Source: Eledone cirrhosa (taxonomy: Eukaryota). Taken from it: a stretch of 64,000 nt of DNA. Location of the stretch: assembly GCA_964016885.1 (NCBI GenBank), contig OZ024743.1, positions 264,554,001 to 264,618,000 on the forward strand, in the 5' to 3' direction. The position numbers were made by a program, and so were the translations under genes. Under the pieces are notes generated by a model, which saw nothing but the letters and a program-made list of their open reading frames with translations, was not told the DNA's origin and did no database searches. Shown in pieces: positions 17,500 to 30,710 of this stretch; within the stretch, counting starts at the first letter, position 1; each line of letters starts with the position of its first letter.

Positions 17500-18470
17500 C
17501 ATGAGAGAGAGTTACCTTGGGAGAGATTTAATTGTCCCTATATATTTCGGATTCACATCCATCAACTGGGAATTTTTCCGGAGTGGAGGAAAGGTTACCT
17601 GTCGGAAAGGTGCGAAACGTGTCCTCCGCAGTTCGTTGTTTTGAATATCTGAGGTATTCAGCAGAGCACACTTGCGCGTGAAATGGGGTTGGTCAGGCAG
17701 AGGTCAGCGGCCGAAGTAGTTCTTTCAATCGTGGGAGTGGGGTGGCGCTAGCTGTCAGTCCATTCTCTGCCTGTTTGTTGAATGTTACTCTGTGTGTATG
17801 TGCATGTGTTGTTGTCTCGCTTGAGTGTGTGTGCGTGTGCGTGTGTTGTTGCCTTGTTCCTCTGTATTGGCAGTGTAGTATGTTCGTATGGTGGGATGCT
17901 ACTGTGTGTGTGTGTGTGTGCGTGTGTTGCTGTCTCGCTTGTGTGTGTGTGTGCGTGTGTTGCTGCATCGTTTGTTAATTTAAACCAACCACCTCATTTC
18001 GCTTCTCTCGGATCGGTTGTTTAATTGTGGCCCTAGGCGTTTGATCGAAAGTGCTTCCTTGATACCTAACGTGCAGACGTTTCTTTCTGTCGCTAGAATT
18101 GTGACAATGGGCCTTCCATCTTTGTTTCCGCATTTGGCTATGTGTTTCCGGAAAGAAGAGGCCCTGGTTTTATTGCGTTCCTTCTTCCGGATGTGCAACG
18201 GCCGGATTGTGCAACCTATATAGTATTGGTTGCACTTGTTACATTCTATCTCATACACGACGTATGTGCGTAGGCAACAGTTCGCATGGCGCATCGGACA
18301 GTTTCTGAGGGAGCACGCGTCAGTTGATTTCCCGGGTTTCCTGGAGAGGCATCTTCGCAGGGAGGGGCCCGAATGGGCCAGGTAGATGTCGAGGCCCTCC
18401 CACCGTATAGCCTTGCGGATAGCGTTGGTGGTATTCTCGCCCAGGTGTGGCATTTTAAGTAAGTACTTAT
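17500..18470 (-). mobile_element. 3' fragment of a different Penelope-like clade (GIY-YIG with CxxC), plus 3' UTR
   Basis: ORF 17980-18453: CSLRNCP..CC..VVYEIECNKCNQYYIGCTIRPLHIR..IKEALSI...PQLN. Confidence 0.85.
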
Positions 18471-18562
18471 ATATATATAATAGGAAAAGCGAAGTAGTTT
18501 CAGATGTATATATAATAGGAAAAGCGAAGTAGTTTCAGATGCTCAAGTCCTTTAATAATAAT

Positions 18563-18636
18563 GCTGTGATATATATTTCAATGGCGACAGTGGCCACACT
18601 GTTCCGTGTGCGAGTGCCGCGACATCGTCAGACAGC
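18563..18636 (-). ncRNA. Type I hammerhead ribozyme, long stem II (left arm)
   Basis: Reverse complement of the 20179-20252 motif, core intact. Confidence 0.85.
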
Positions 18637-20178
18637 TTGTTGCAAAATAAGGTTATGTTTCCGAGTCAATCCAAATTGAATCGACATGGGAACCGACGAA
18701 GTGTGTACTCTTGCTTTCTTCATCCGTTCCCTTGTGAGTACCAATTCACCCCCACCGGTCTGCGCAGGCATAGGTCCGAAGGATGTTGACCATTAGCTAC
18801 CGCAGAGTTCAACGAAATTCGCCTAGGCAGTTCCCCCTTTCAACCAAAAAGTGACCTATTATGGCCTGTAATATATAGCTTGCTGCTAGCAACCCCGTCA
18901 GTGGCAGTCAGCCGAAAGCCCGTCGGGTTGAGAGAGTGTGAGTAAACATTGATGCAACACTCCGTCACTCCTATGTGGAATAAGTACGTTGAGTGCTTGA
19001 ATTGCATCAATGTTTACCTTAAGAATTTAGCTCCAATTATTTGAGCGTTCTATGATGTAACCTATATAGTGGAGAAGAGAGGAACCAGCCACCAGCTACA
19101 CCCGAAATTCCCTCTACCATGGGGATGGAAATCCCTGATACTGGACGGATATGAAAATAACTTTCGGCAGGATAAATACGCGGAAACAAACACAACGATA
19201 AACCCCTATTTACCTGCACCAAATTGCATTTGAACAGAAGCCCCCCTCAATTCAATCTATATATTGACAAATTGACAATCATATTAATCATGCATCTCCT
19301 ATCTCATTTTGCATATATGTACTGTATGTATTTTTTGCATTTATTGGATATTTTTTGTGGGATTTTTCTTTTGTATATTTTATATCTGTGTTTTCGGGGG
19401 TTTTGTTCCATGTGATGGAAATTCTAACTATGTACCCGCCTAACTACTACCTTTCATACTGTAAGTTACCCTCCGTTCTACTGTACGGTACTATCGTTCA
19501 GTATGTGGATAATATATCTGTAACATTAATACCCCTTTCAAAACTTCTTACTTAAACATCTCCCTACGTAGTAGATAGTATAGGTGGACATATTTTGTTA
19601 TTCACTTCAATCTAGATTCTCACTTGTAAATTTTTTTAATTTTTAATTTTTAATTTTTAATTTTTAATTTTTAATTTCTAATTTTTAATATTTGATACCT
19701 GATTTTCGATTTTTAATTTTTAATTTTTAATTTTTATTTTAATTTCCAACTCTCATTCATAACTTCCACTGTGAAACCATAATACCTAGAATTAAGTATA
19801 TTTACTCTTAGAGATTGATGGTCAATTATACTGTCCATGCTTAATGTCGGGTAGTATTGAGACCTATTGATACTCACAATCTCGTAACCCCACTGGCTTT
19901 CGGCCGACTGCCACTAACGGGGTTGCTAGAAGTAAGCTATATATTACAGGCCTGAATAGGTCACTTTTTGGTTGAGAGGGGTAACTGCCTAGGCGAATTT
20001 CGTTGAACTCTGCGGTAGCTAATGGTCAACATCCTTCGGATCTGCGCCTGCGCAGACCGGTGGGGGTGAATTGGTACTCACAAGGGAACGGATGAAAAAC
20101 CCAAAAGCACACATTCCGTCCGTTCCCATGTCGATTCAATTTGGATTGCCTCGAAAACATAACCTTTTTATGTAACAA

Positions 20179-20252
20179 GCTGTCTGACGATGTCGCGGCA
20201 CTGGCGCACGGAACAATGTGGCCACTGTCGCCATTGAAATATATATCACAGC
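20179..20252 (+). ncRNA. Type I hammerhead ribozyme, long stem II (right arm)
   Basis: gctgt CTGACGA [45-nt hairpin gcggca/tgtcgc, tggc/gcca, cac/gtg] GAAA tatata TC acagc; AUC site. Confidence 0.88.
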
Positions 20253-20409
20253 ATTATTATTAAAGGACTTGAACATCTGAAACTAACTTCGCTTTTCCTT
20301 ATTCGATATTCACTCCGTCACTCCTCTATGGAATAAGTACGTTGAGTGTTTGAATTGAATTGCATCAATGTTTACCGTAAGTATATATATATATATTTTA
20401 ATATAGAAA

Positions 20410-20460
20410 AGCTTCTACAGGACTAGAACTGTTTCATTTGTGAGAGATCATCGGGAAGCT
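20410..20460 (-). ncRNA. Type I hammerhead fold with CCGAUGA core
   Basis: Minus strand: agcttc CCGATGA tctctcacaaat GAAA cag ttctagtc ctg TA gaagct; stem II pairs poorly. Confidence 0.65.
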
Positions 20461-20776
20461 GGCTGTCCAAGTAAATGTGGTGGTATTTATAGATTTTCTT
20501 TTCTGGTGGTAGGGGAGGGTGGTTTGGGATGGGTGGAGGTCATTGGTTGATGGATTTAAAGAAAAGGGAAATTATTTAGAAGCTAATTTTTAAGGCTGAA
20601 TGAAATAAAGGTGACAAAGACAGAAAGGGTTCTGAGTTTTGGGGTGCTTCCACTTATTGTGAAGTTTCTCTTAATTTATATTCCGGTGTCAACAAGCACA
20701 TTCACACACGCGCCCACTTACACACGTACACACACATGTACACAGGCATGCACACACACAACAAACATATATATAA

Positions 20777-20857
<81 letters not shown>

Positions 20858-20859
20858 GT

Positions 20860-21477
20860 AATAATAATAAAATTGAAGACTAAAATCCAAAGAGGGCTCG
20901 ATAAGGAAAATATATATCAAATATATAAGAACCGTAGAGCAAATATTTTTAAAATAACAGATTAAAGTTTAAGCAAAGAATCGTTGCTTTCACCCTTAAC
21001 GGGATCTTCTGAAACTAACAAAGTCAAGCTGTAAACGCAGAACTGGATATTTCAAAAAACGTTGCAACCGGAGGAAGACAGGAAGACGATACTTTGGTTC
21101 CTGGTAACGTTCGCTGGCAAAGAACGGGAAAAAACGAATAATACGTCATTAATAGGAGCGGTGAAAAACAATTACGCGCAAAGAAAAAACCACGTTTATG
21201 GTATAAAAGAGGTCATAGACTAATATATATATATATACATTTATATATATATACACATATAAACATATATATAGATACACAAAACCACAGATCCCCCATC
21301 TCAATTCTACTTTTGAAAAGCAGAAGAGCTGCGAAACCGGTAAAGAAACCAAATAAATATATATATATTTTTTTTAAATAAGACTCCAGTTGCATTTTCG
21401 ATTTCATCTTTTTTTCTTTATACTTTCACTCTTGTAGGACACCTCGGTTATTTTTCATTTTGTAATAAAATCCTCAC

Positions 21478-21482
<5 letters not shown>
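20860..21482 (-). mobile_element. Non-coding repeat carrying the CAGAAGA hammerhead-like fold (20966-21016)
   Basis: Homologous to 7441-7520, 32773-33200, 38395-38515 and 44741-44945; bounded by microsatellites. Confidence 0.75.
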
Positions 21483-22269
<787 letters not shown>

Positions 22270-22270
<1 letters not shown>

Positions 22271-22590
22271 ATATTGTTATATTTTGAGAGGGTCATGTTG
22301 CCAATAAGAAACACACGCACCAGTACCTTTCACTTCAATTTATTATAATAAATTTATAAATTTAGGAATTTATAAATTTCCGGTTGGTTGGTTGGTTCCA
22401 CAATCAGATGATTGTTTATATATTGTCAAAGTTCTTTCGTCACACATTCTGTGACCTCTTCAGTGACAGGGAATTATTTTCTTTGTTTTTGTGCTTCACC
22501 TTTGTTCTCCCAAAGTATAACAATATCGATTTCAACACACGTCTTCAGATAAAGAATCTTGCTAAACACATTCAGAAACGAAATATACAT
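22270..22590. mobile_element. HHR mini-element copy (minus-strand HHR 22424-22468, then plus-strand tail)
   Basis: Minus strand: tgtca CTGAAGA g gtcaca gaatg tgtgac GAAA gaac TT tgaca; homologous to 23760-24340. Confidence 0.8.
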
Positions 22591-22668
22591 ATATACATAT
22601 ATATATATAATATATATATCTATATATACATATATATATACATACATATATATATATATATACATATA

Positions 22669-22765
<97 letters not shown>

Positions 22766-22766
22766 G

Positions 22767-22814
<48 letters not shown>

Positions 22815-22816
<2 letters not shown>

Positions 22817-23653
22817 AATAATGATGGCTGCGCGTTGCAAATGGTGGTGCATATGAAAAAGTGAGTCCTTCATCAATGACCCTGCAACCGTCCCAGGCAT
22901 TTCATCGCTTTAAGGGCCATATGCCTCAGGTTGGTGCGAACAACGGCTAAAAAAAGTCGTTGGGACACGTAAATAAAGGGGACGTTAGGGTAACAAACAA
23001 AATGGTTTAAGCAACGGAAAGTGAGAAGAAATAGACAAGTCCCAGATCTCTATGAATATAAACTCGGTGAAATCGTGAACAAGAGACGAAATACCATCAA
23101 ACCTAGTTGAAATGTGAGAAAGGAAGGAATTTCGCACAAGTCTAACGGGGGGGAAGAAGAAGAAGAAGAAGAAGAAGAAGAAGAAGAAGAAGAAGAAGAA
23201 GAAGAAGAAGAAGAAGGGGTTTGGTCTACGAATTCGGTAAACATAAGTTTTGTGAAGTCGCAGACGAAAGAGAGAGAGAAAAAAAATTCCATACCAGCTT
23301 GAGCAGGACGCGCGAGAAAAGAATTTCACACAGGTCAAACTTGAAGGAGGAGGAGGAAAGAGGAGGAGGAGGGGTAGTGACAGAGAATGAGTGAGTGAAA
23401 GTTGAGGAGGAGGCTAACAGAGAGAGAGACTGCTAGAAAGGGTAAAAGGTACAAAGAACGAGAAAGGGTAAAGGTACAAAGGACGAAACGGACGGATAGC
23501 AGCAGAAGAAAAATTATGTGTAAATATGATAATAATGATGGCTGCGCGTTGCAAATGGTGGTGCATATGAAAAAGTGAGTCCTTCATCAGTGACCCTCCA
23601 ACCGTCCCAGGCATTTCATCGCTTTAAGGGCCATATGCCTCAGGTTGGTGCGA
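22815..23653. repeat. About 125-bp direct repeats (22815-22940, 23528-23653) flanking a purine-rich spacer with (GAA)n
   Basis: gataataatgatggctgcgcg...cctcaggttggtgcgaa occurs twice; TA runs outside. Confidence 0.85.
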
Positions 23654-23673
23654 ATATATATGTATATATATAC

Positions 23674-23721
<48 letters not shown>

Positions 23722-23759
23722 GTATAAATACATATATATATATATATATATATTTATAC

Positions 23760-24340
23760 ATATTGTTATACTTTGGGAGGGTCATGTTGCCAATAAGAAA
23801 CACACGCACCAGTTGCTTTCACTTCAATTTAATTTAATATATATTTATAAATTTACAAATTTATAAATTTCTGGTTGGTTGGTTGGTTCCACAACCAGAT
23901 AGTTGTTTATATATATATAGTCATAGTTCTTTCGTCACACACTCTGTGACCTCTTCAGTGACTGGGGATTTCTTTCTTCGTTTCTGTGCCTTTCCTTTCT
24001 TCTATCCTACGCCATTTTTGAAAAATGGCGTAGGATAGAAGAAAGGAAAGGCACAGAAACGAAGAAAGAAATCCCCAGTCACTGAAGAGGTCACAGAGTG
24101 TGTGACGAAAGAACTATGACTATATATATATAAACAACTATCTGGTTGTGGAACCAACCAACCAACCAGAAATTTATAAATTTGTAAATTTATAAATATA
24201 TATTAAATTAAATTGAAGTGAAAGCAACTGGTGCGTGTGTTTCTTATTGGCAACATGACCCTCCCAAAGTATAACAATATCGGTTTCAACACACGATTTC
24301 AGATAAAGAATCTTGCTAAACAAATTCAGAAACGAAATAT
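23760..24340. mobile_element. 260-bp-arm palindrome centred at 24020 with two divergent hammerheads (23919-23963 minus, 24077-24121 plus)
   Basis: ccattttt-g-aaaaatgg centre; plus-strand HHR agtca CTGAAGA g gtcaca gagtg tgtgac GAAA gaac TA tgact. Confidence 0.88.
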
Positions 24341-24415
24341 TTATACATACATATATATATATACATACATATAAATATACATATGTATAAATATACATAT
24401 AAATAAATACATATG

Positions 24416-24463
<48 letters not shown>

Positions 24464-24670
24464 AGTATATATATATTCAGGTTTGAGGTTCACCACTGTA
24501 TAGAGCTGGTCTATTCCGTATGGTCAATCGTAATGCAATAATATAGAGAGTACTCAACGTAAAGCAGTTCAACCGTCTTTGTTTTTGTAGTTGGTGGTGC
24601 TATTACGGAGTTAAATATTATAATGAAATGACAGGAGGCTGGATTTGTGTAAATCCTTGAAAGGTTTATT

Positions 24671-24728
24671 ATACTATGATCATTTCAATGACCGGGTTCC
24701 GTATGAATCCGGTGATATCATCAGGTAT
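24671..24728 (-). ncRNA. Type I hammerhead ribozyme (left arm)
   Basis: Reverse complement of 25894-25951. Confidence 0.87.
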
Positions 24729-25893
24729 TCGAAATATAATACGTGAATGTAATAGATAAAATCCATGGGGTGAAAATGTTAAACTGTTGAACTTTAAATG
24801 TTCTAACCTCTTTAATATTGAATATTGATTATTAATTTTTTGACTTCATCCCATAAATCTAAACAAAAACGTAACGTTCCAATATTCCGCTCAAACATAA
24901 TTTTCAATTTTCTGTTTGTTCAATTCTCAATCTTCTTACTCTTTAATTTTATAATGTTATTCTGAATTCTTTCAACTTCATCCTATAAAGTTAAGCAATA
25001 TTTTAAGGTTCCAACTTTCTGTCGGACTGTTGGGTGGGTTTTAATGGCGGTGCGACCAGCCCCCTGGCGCACGGGCTTACCTGGAGTGCTTGGAAAAATA
25101 AATTTCCCCTTCTTTCGGTAAATGAAAATACTCGGCGCAGCTTAATTCGCCCTGGGGCCCGGAGCGCGGCCGGTGTTTTAACCGCCACATAGTACCTTTA
25201 AATTACAGAACAAATCGGAACTATTAGATATATCAACCTGAAAATGTTAAACTGTTGAACTTTAAATTTTCTAACCTCCTTAATATTGAATGTTGATTAT
25301 TAATTTTTGAACTTCATCCTCTAAGTCTAAACATTGTAACACACTGACTCCCAATGTATTCACCTCTGCTAAGATGCGGGTCCCTGTGAAAATTTTCTCG
25401 CGCCACTCCTGGCCTGACTGTGGTCTGACATTTATATCGACCTTTCTTCCTCTTGATTTGATCCTCCTTCTTGTAGCCATCAACCCTTACTTTTCTACTT
25501 CTCTCTTCTCTTCCTTCTCTTCTCCCCTCTTCCTGTCTTCCTCCCGCAGACTTATCTTCCTTCCCCCTTTTGTTTTCCTATATCTGACCGGTAGTAGTTG
25601 TCTTTCTTCTTATAGCTGACATTAACCCTGGCTTCTCTTCTTCTTCCTTCCCCCTTCTTCTCTCTCCTTCCTTTCTTTCTTTCTTTTATCTTGTGGCATG
25701 AGATTGACGCTAACTTATGTTCCCATCCCTTTCTGTTTTCATTTATCTGACCGGTAGTAGCACACTGTGAACTTTAGCCACGTCACTCGAGGGCGACCGG
25801 CTGAAGTTGAAGGAGCGGGATAGCGGTCGCCCTCGGGTCCCCGATTTTCAGCCCCATGGATTTTATCTATTATATTCACGTATTATATTTCGA

Positions 25894-25951
25894 ATACCTG
25901 ATGATATCACCGGATTCATACGGAACCCGGTCATTGAAATGATCATAGTAT
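25894..25951 (+). ncRNA. Type I hammerhead ribozyme (right arm)
   Basis: atac CTGATGA [accgg..ttc/gaa..ccggt hairpin] GAAA tgatca TA gtat; palindromic TGATCA; AUA site. Confidence 0.87.
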
Positions 25952-26003
25952 AATAAACCTTTCAAGGATTTACACAAATCCAGCCTCCTGTCATTTCATT
26001 ATA

Positions 26004-26082
<79 letters not shown>

Positions 26083-26571
26083 AGCGGATTCATTGATATG
26101 TTGAAAACAAAACAATCATGGAGTTACTAAAACTGTTGCCTCACCGAATCTAAGTACACATTTTCTAGTTTAATATGTATCACAATAAATCCTGAAACCT
26201 ATTTCAATTCGATAAGAAAGCAATTAGTTACCGCATAGGGTTTTGGGAAATTAGATGCAACTGAAGGTAAAACAGTACAACACATGAAAAAATCAATAAT
26301 GGTCATTCGGGCGGCAAAACAATCGGGGATATATATTGGCAAGGCACCACCCATAACAACAGAAGCGACAAGAAAAAGAACAAAACCACAACGAAAAATA
26401 CTGTGAATTTCATGTAAGTGTAAATAGGATGAAGTGTAAAAGTTAAGACCCACCTGTATACAATTATAAGCCTCCATAATTACTCTGCAAGATTAGCGTT
26501 TTACTAATATGTAACTACATGAAATACAAAATATATGACTGGGGTAATTATTTTTATTATTACTGTTTTCT

Positions 26572-26757
26572 GGATTGGCAGTATCGGGAGAGGGTTGGGC
26601 GTCATGCTCTGTAGCATAGAGTTACTCCCTCTTATGATCTGAGTTCAAATCCCGCCTAGCTTAACTTTGCCTTTCATCCTTACTGGGTCGATAAAATAAA
26701 GCACCAGTAATGTATTGGGATAATTGCTGGCCCTCTGCCAAAAGTAGAAACAATTAT
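26572..26757 (+). mobile_element. tRNA-derived SINE
   Basis: A-box-like tggcagtatcgg, B-box gagttcaaatccc, body aactttgcctttcatcct..ggtcgataaaataaag; same family as 36839 and 43468. Confidence 0.85.
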
Positions 26758-27594
26758 TTTGCTAATATTATTTTTTAGTTAAACTAACCAATATATTCAT
26801 GAGCTGGTTGAGTTTTCGCTTATAGGTTACATTTGTTTTGTTTTCCAAACGAGCTACTCAATATGTTTTAGTTTAAAAATACCAATTTACGATTTTATGT
26901 CAGCAAGACAGAAACGATGACTGTCCACAGAATGTAAGAATGAAACTTCAGAAAATAATGATAGTGAAAGCAGCAGCAACAACAACCATAACACTGCATG
27001 AGAAAATTATAATATTAATTTCCCTCAGTAAAAAATGTAACACCGGCGTCACCATCACAAGAACGACGAAATGCAATGAACATAACAAACAACAACACTC
27101 ACTCTAATACTTTCAACACCACCACCACCAACAACAAACCAACTAATATAGAAAAGAAAAAAATATATCCGTAGTATTGACAACAACAGTGCAAATGGCA
27201 ATAACATTAACAAAGACAACAGTAACAATTACAGTAATGAAATCAATAACACACGAAGAATAAAAACAACCACGAGTACAATAACAACAAAACAACAATA
27301 ATACATTTGAGGCAACTTCTGCCGAATGGACTGGACTGTTTATCTTGAACTTTAAGGAAAAATGTACAAGTTTGGCCCAAGCGGCTAAACGTTGACGCAG
27401 CCATCTTCCACCAGAAGGTGGCAGAACATGGAACGTCGTAGAAATATACAATATTTTCTTGGAGAATGAATGAATCTGACGAGAAAATTGGTCTGGAATA
27501 TGTGTAGCGATACAACACCACATCAAACCAAATGACATTAACAAGATCCCAAATCAACTTGGCCTTCTCAGAACCTTCTCAGAAGGGAACTTAC

Positions 27595-27753
27595 ATGTTG
27601 AGAGCAGAAGGCCTGATTTCCATCTGTGTGGCCAAACTGGTCAGTTCTGAGACTTCTGACTTCACAGAGCAATCTTGTTGCAAATATCAAGACCACCAAA
27701 AGCGAAAATAAGAACACCAACGGTAAATAACATTCTCTACGATCTCGGATCAT
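27595..27753 (-). CDS. Possible first coding exon of a host secreted or membrane protein
   Basis: ATG, then a hydrophobic stretch (YLPLVFLFSLLVVLIFAT), 53 codons, ending at a phase-0 GTAAGT donor. No recognisable family. Confidence 0.3.
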
Positions 27754-27994
27754 TAGCTATGGAAGTGACAGCCACCAGCAAGACCAGGATTTCTGACACC
27801 TGCTCTTTAGATCTTATGTTTGGGACTGCAATATAATGCTTTTTAAGGCAAATTTTATTCTTATTAACTTATTTATTGTTATGTTTTATTTGTTTTCAAG
27901 CTTTCAAGTTTTCTGTTTATTTCTACTGTCGCTGTGTTTTACATAGACCTACAAGTCCCACTCTTTGTGGCCAATAACGAAAGAATTATTACTA

Positions 27995-29056
27995 GTAACA
28001 GTATCAGTAGAGCGTCTGACAACATACTATGCGATATTTAGGTAGAGTTCTTAGCTTTGCCTTTCATCAATATTGGTTGTCCATCGTAAACGATGATGAC
28101 ATCTTCTTCATTGTTGTTCCCGTCTGCCGTGGGCGCGAAGGTGGCTGTGGAGGCCGATCAACCTGTTACCTCCGCCTCTCGCCCATCGTTGCAGGGATTT
28201 GGGAGTGTACGCTAAAGAAGAAACCTGTGCGGGGAGGGTTTATAGTGGGAGGGCCAGTGCACAGTAACAGACCCACTCACTTGGCCGCAGAAACCAGAAT
28301 CCGGTGGTACGGAGGGCGTCACGACCAGGGACTTCCTTGGCTGCAGTGGATGGCCACGACGTCTGTAGTGCATTGCCGTGCCCTAGCGCTCCACACCGCT
28401 TGCTGTCGCCGCCTTCGTGACCGTTGAGACGATGTTGTCCTCTTCCACTCACTCCGCCGGGTCCAGTCTTTGCATGCCTGGGTAGGCATCCTCTATCTAA
28501 CTCAACGAGGGATTTCAGACCCGTCCGCCTACCCTCAACCTAGTTTGGCCCGCCAGTCAAAGCGGTTTACCGGGGTGTGGCCGCTGTCGCATGTTACAGC
28601 TTCTTGGGACCACAGGTGAGAGCTGAGTGTCAGGTGGGAGCCAATGCAGGACGCGCTGTCCTGAAAAGGGCATGGCTAGCACTCTCTACAGAGGTACATG
28701 CTCCTCCCTGACACCCCAGGCATATACACACGCAAATACATACACATACATATATACATGTTTACACATACATATTTACACATTTTTGCATGGCCGTCGA
28801 CTCTTATGAGTTCTTCCGCCCTTTGTGAGAATTTGTTTTTTGTCCTGCAGGGTGTCCAAAATCACCCTCCCCACCAAGTAAACTTGGTGGGATTGCCAGT
28901 TTACTCGACAACGACCCGGCCATGTGACAGGTTGTACTGGTTTACATGTTACCTGGGGTCGAAAAATAAAGTACCACTCACGCACCAGAGTTTATTTAAT
29001 CGATCTTCCTCTTCACTCTAAATTGCTGGCCTCGTGCTAAAAGTAGAATCAATTAT
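27995..29056 (+). mobile_element. SINE split by an insertion (head 27995-28068, tail 28955-29056); insert includes a GC-rich LINE-5'UTR-like segment 28095-28718
   Basis: ctttgcctttcatc ends at 28068 and ggggtcgaaaaataaagtacca resumes at 28955; these are nearly contiguous in intact copies. Confidence 0.65.
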
Positions 29057-29057
29057 G

Positions 29058-29097
<40 letters not shown>

Positions 29098-29196
29098 GTA
29101 GTAGTAGTAGTAGTGATCATTGATTCTACTTTGAGCACGAGGCCAGCAATTTAGAGGGAAGAGGAAGGTCGATTAAATAAATACTACTACTACTAA

Positions 29197-29233
<37 letters not shown>

Positions 29234-30562
29234 TATTGTGGTTGTAACAGCAACAGCGGCTTTTACCGTTCTGGTGAACATCAGTTCTACTAGAATGTAC
29301 CTATAATGGAAGACGTTTCGATTTTATTTTATCAAAAGCCTTTCCAGTACTACATCATCCAATGTGCAATTGTCTTTTTAAGGTATTCGCTTGTGATTTT
29401 AGGAATATTAGTATACCATTTTTAACATGTGGAGGAAATGCGTAAAACATTATTTGTTGGCGGGAGTGAAATCAGTAATCCTAGTGTGTAATAGTGATTA
29501 TCGTGAAATTATAAGAAATATTGTTATCGTAGCCAAATCAAATACAGAAACATATAGAAAGGGAAGAAGATAGTAAAGTGTTCTGTGGTGACCTCGACTG
29601 TGTGCATGTGTAGTCTCTCTACGATAATTTTACGGCGGTGATTTATCTATGTCCTTAGGGCCTCACATTTAAAACGCCTTTGCATTTATTCCGGCTCTGT
29701 ATGAATATTCCGTCGAAAACATTCTTTTGAAATCAATAAGTGCCAGTGCAGTAATGGAGACAATTCTCTCTCTCTCCCTCTACCCACCCTCTTTCTTTGT
29801 CCATATCTCTCTTTCTCTCCCACTCTCCCTCTCTCTGTCACTCTCTCTCCGTAGGGTTTGAACTCAAATGAATCTACTGAACCCTTCGTAGTATGTATAT
29901 TTGCACTAATCTGATACTGACATTTTATGCCAGAAGACCAATGATATAATCACATACTAAAAGACTGTCACAGATATCGAAGGCGCCATAATAATACTGG
30001 AATATACTTGCATAAAATGAAAAAAGAATTTCTATCCTAATATATCAACCGAAGTTGAGAGACAGGAAAGCAATTCTTTTAGAAAATAAGATACTAATGG
30101 AAACCATATATATATGATAAATGTAGAGACTTCGTTCTCATTTTAACTGGAGTTTTATGGGCAGAAGAAGTAGAAATATGACAAATATATGTAAGACTAT
30201 AGTAATCATACATCTAAATATTTAAAAAGTATAACAGTATATGTGTCCAACACTTATCTTGGGACACTCTCAAGAAATCTTATGCAAAATGCATATGAAA
30301 AAAAAATGCATTATATATACGAGATGAAAACATTAAAACGAGATACGGATAGACTTAAAAACAAAAATTAACCACAATAATAATAATTTAGTGATTTAAC
30401 GAAAGCGAAAATCGATGATATTAACCATCTCAGTTCATAAAGGGAACTTTATGTTATCGAGCCGGGAGCTTGAAAAGCAAAATAAATGAAGGATGTCGTC
30501 ATTATGTACCGCAGAGCAATTTTTTGCGGCACTCTACAGATACTATTGCCAGTTTTTACCAA

Positions 30563-30563
30563 T

Positions 30564-30599
<36 letters not shown>

Positions 30600-30609
30600 T
30601 TATTATTAT

Positions 30610-30690
<81 letters not shown>

Positions 30691-30710
30691 AAGCAGCAGC
30701 AGTAGTAGTA
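30563..30710. repeat. (TAG)n microsatellite
   Basis: Direct reading. Confidence 0.98.

Larger units (their letters stand above)
18480..20380 (+). mobile_element. Non-coding HHR element with about 410-bp inverted arms and short terminal redundancy (period about 1353 nt)
   Basis: 18512-18919 is the reverse complement of 19895-20304; cactccgtcactcct..gcatcaatgtttacc at 18958 and 20311; TA runs at both ends. Confidence 0.85.
24477..26008. mobile_element. Non-coding HHR element with about 160-bp inverted repeats (24617-24778 / 25844-26006)
   Basis: Arms nearly identical; each carries an HHR; TA runs at both ends. Confidence 0.85.

Noticed and set aside
17534-17572. Minus-strand cagttga-tggatgtgaatcc-GAAA-tata-TA downstream of a GIY-YIG ORF
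   Set aside because: Position fits a pLTR HHR, but the core has two mismatches and it is single copy here.
17560-17980. SECIS element in the PLE 3' UTR
   Set aside because: No AUGA/GA quartet hairpin found and no in-frame UGA in the surviving ORF.
22521-22551. Minus-strand CTGAAGA cgtgtgtt GAAA tcga TA
   Set aside because: Stems I and II do not pair, and the second copy at 24280 lacks the core.
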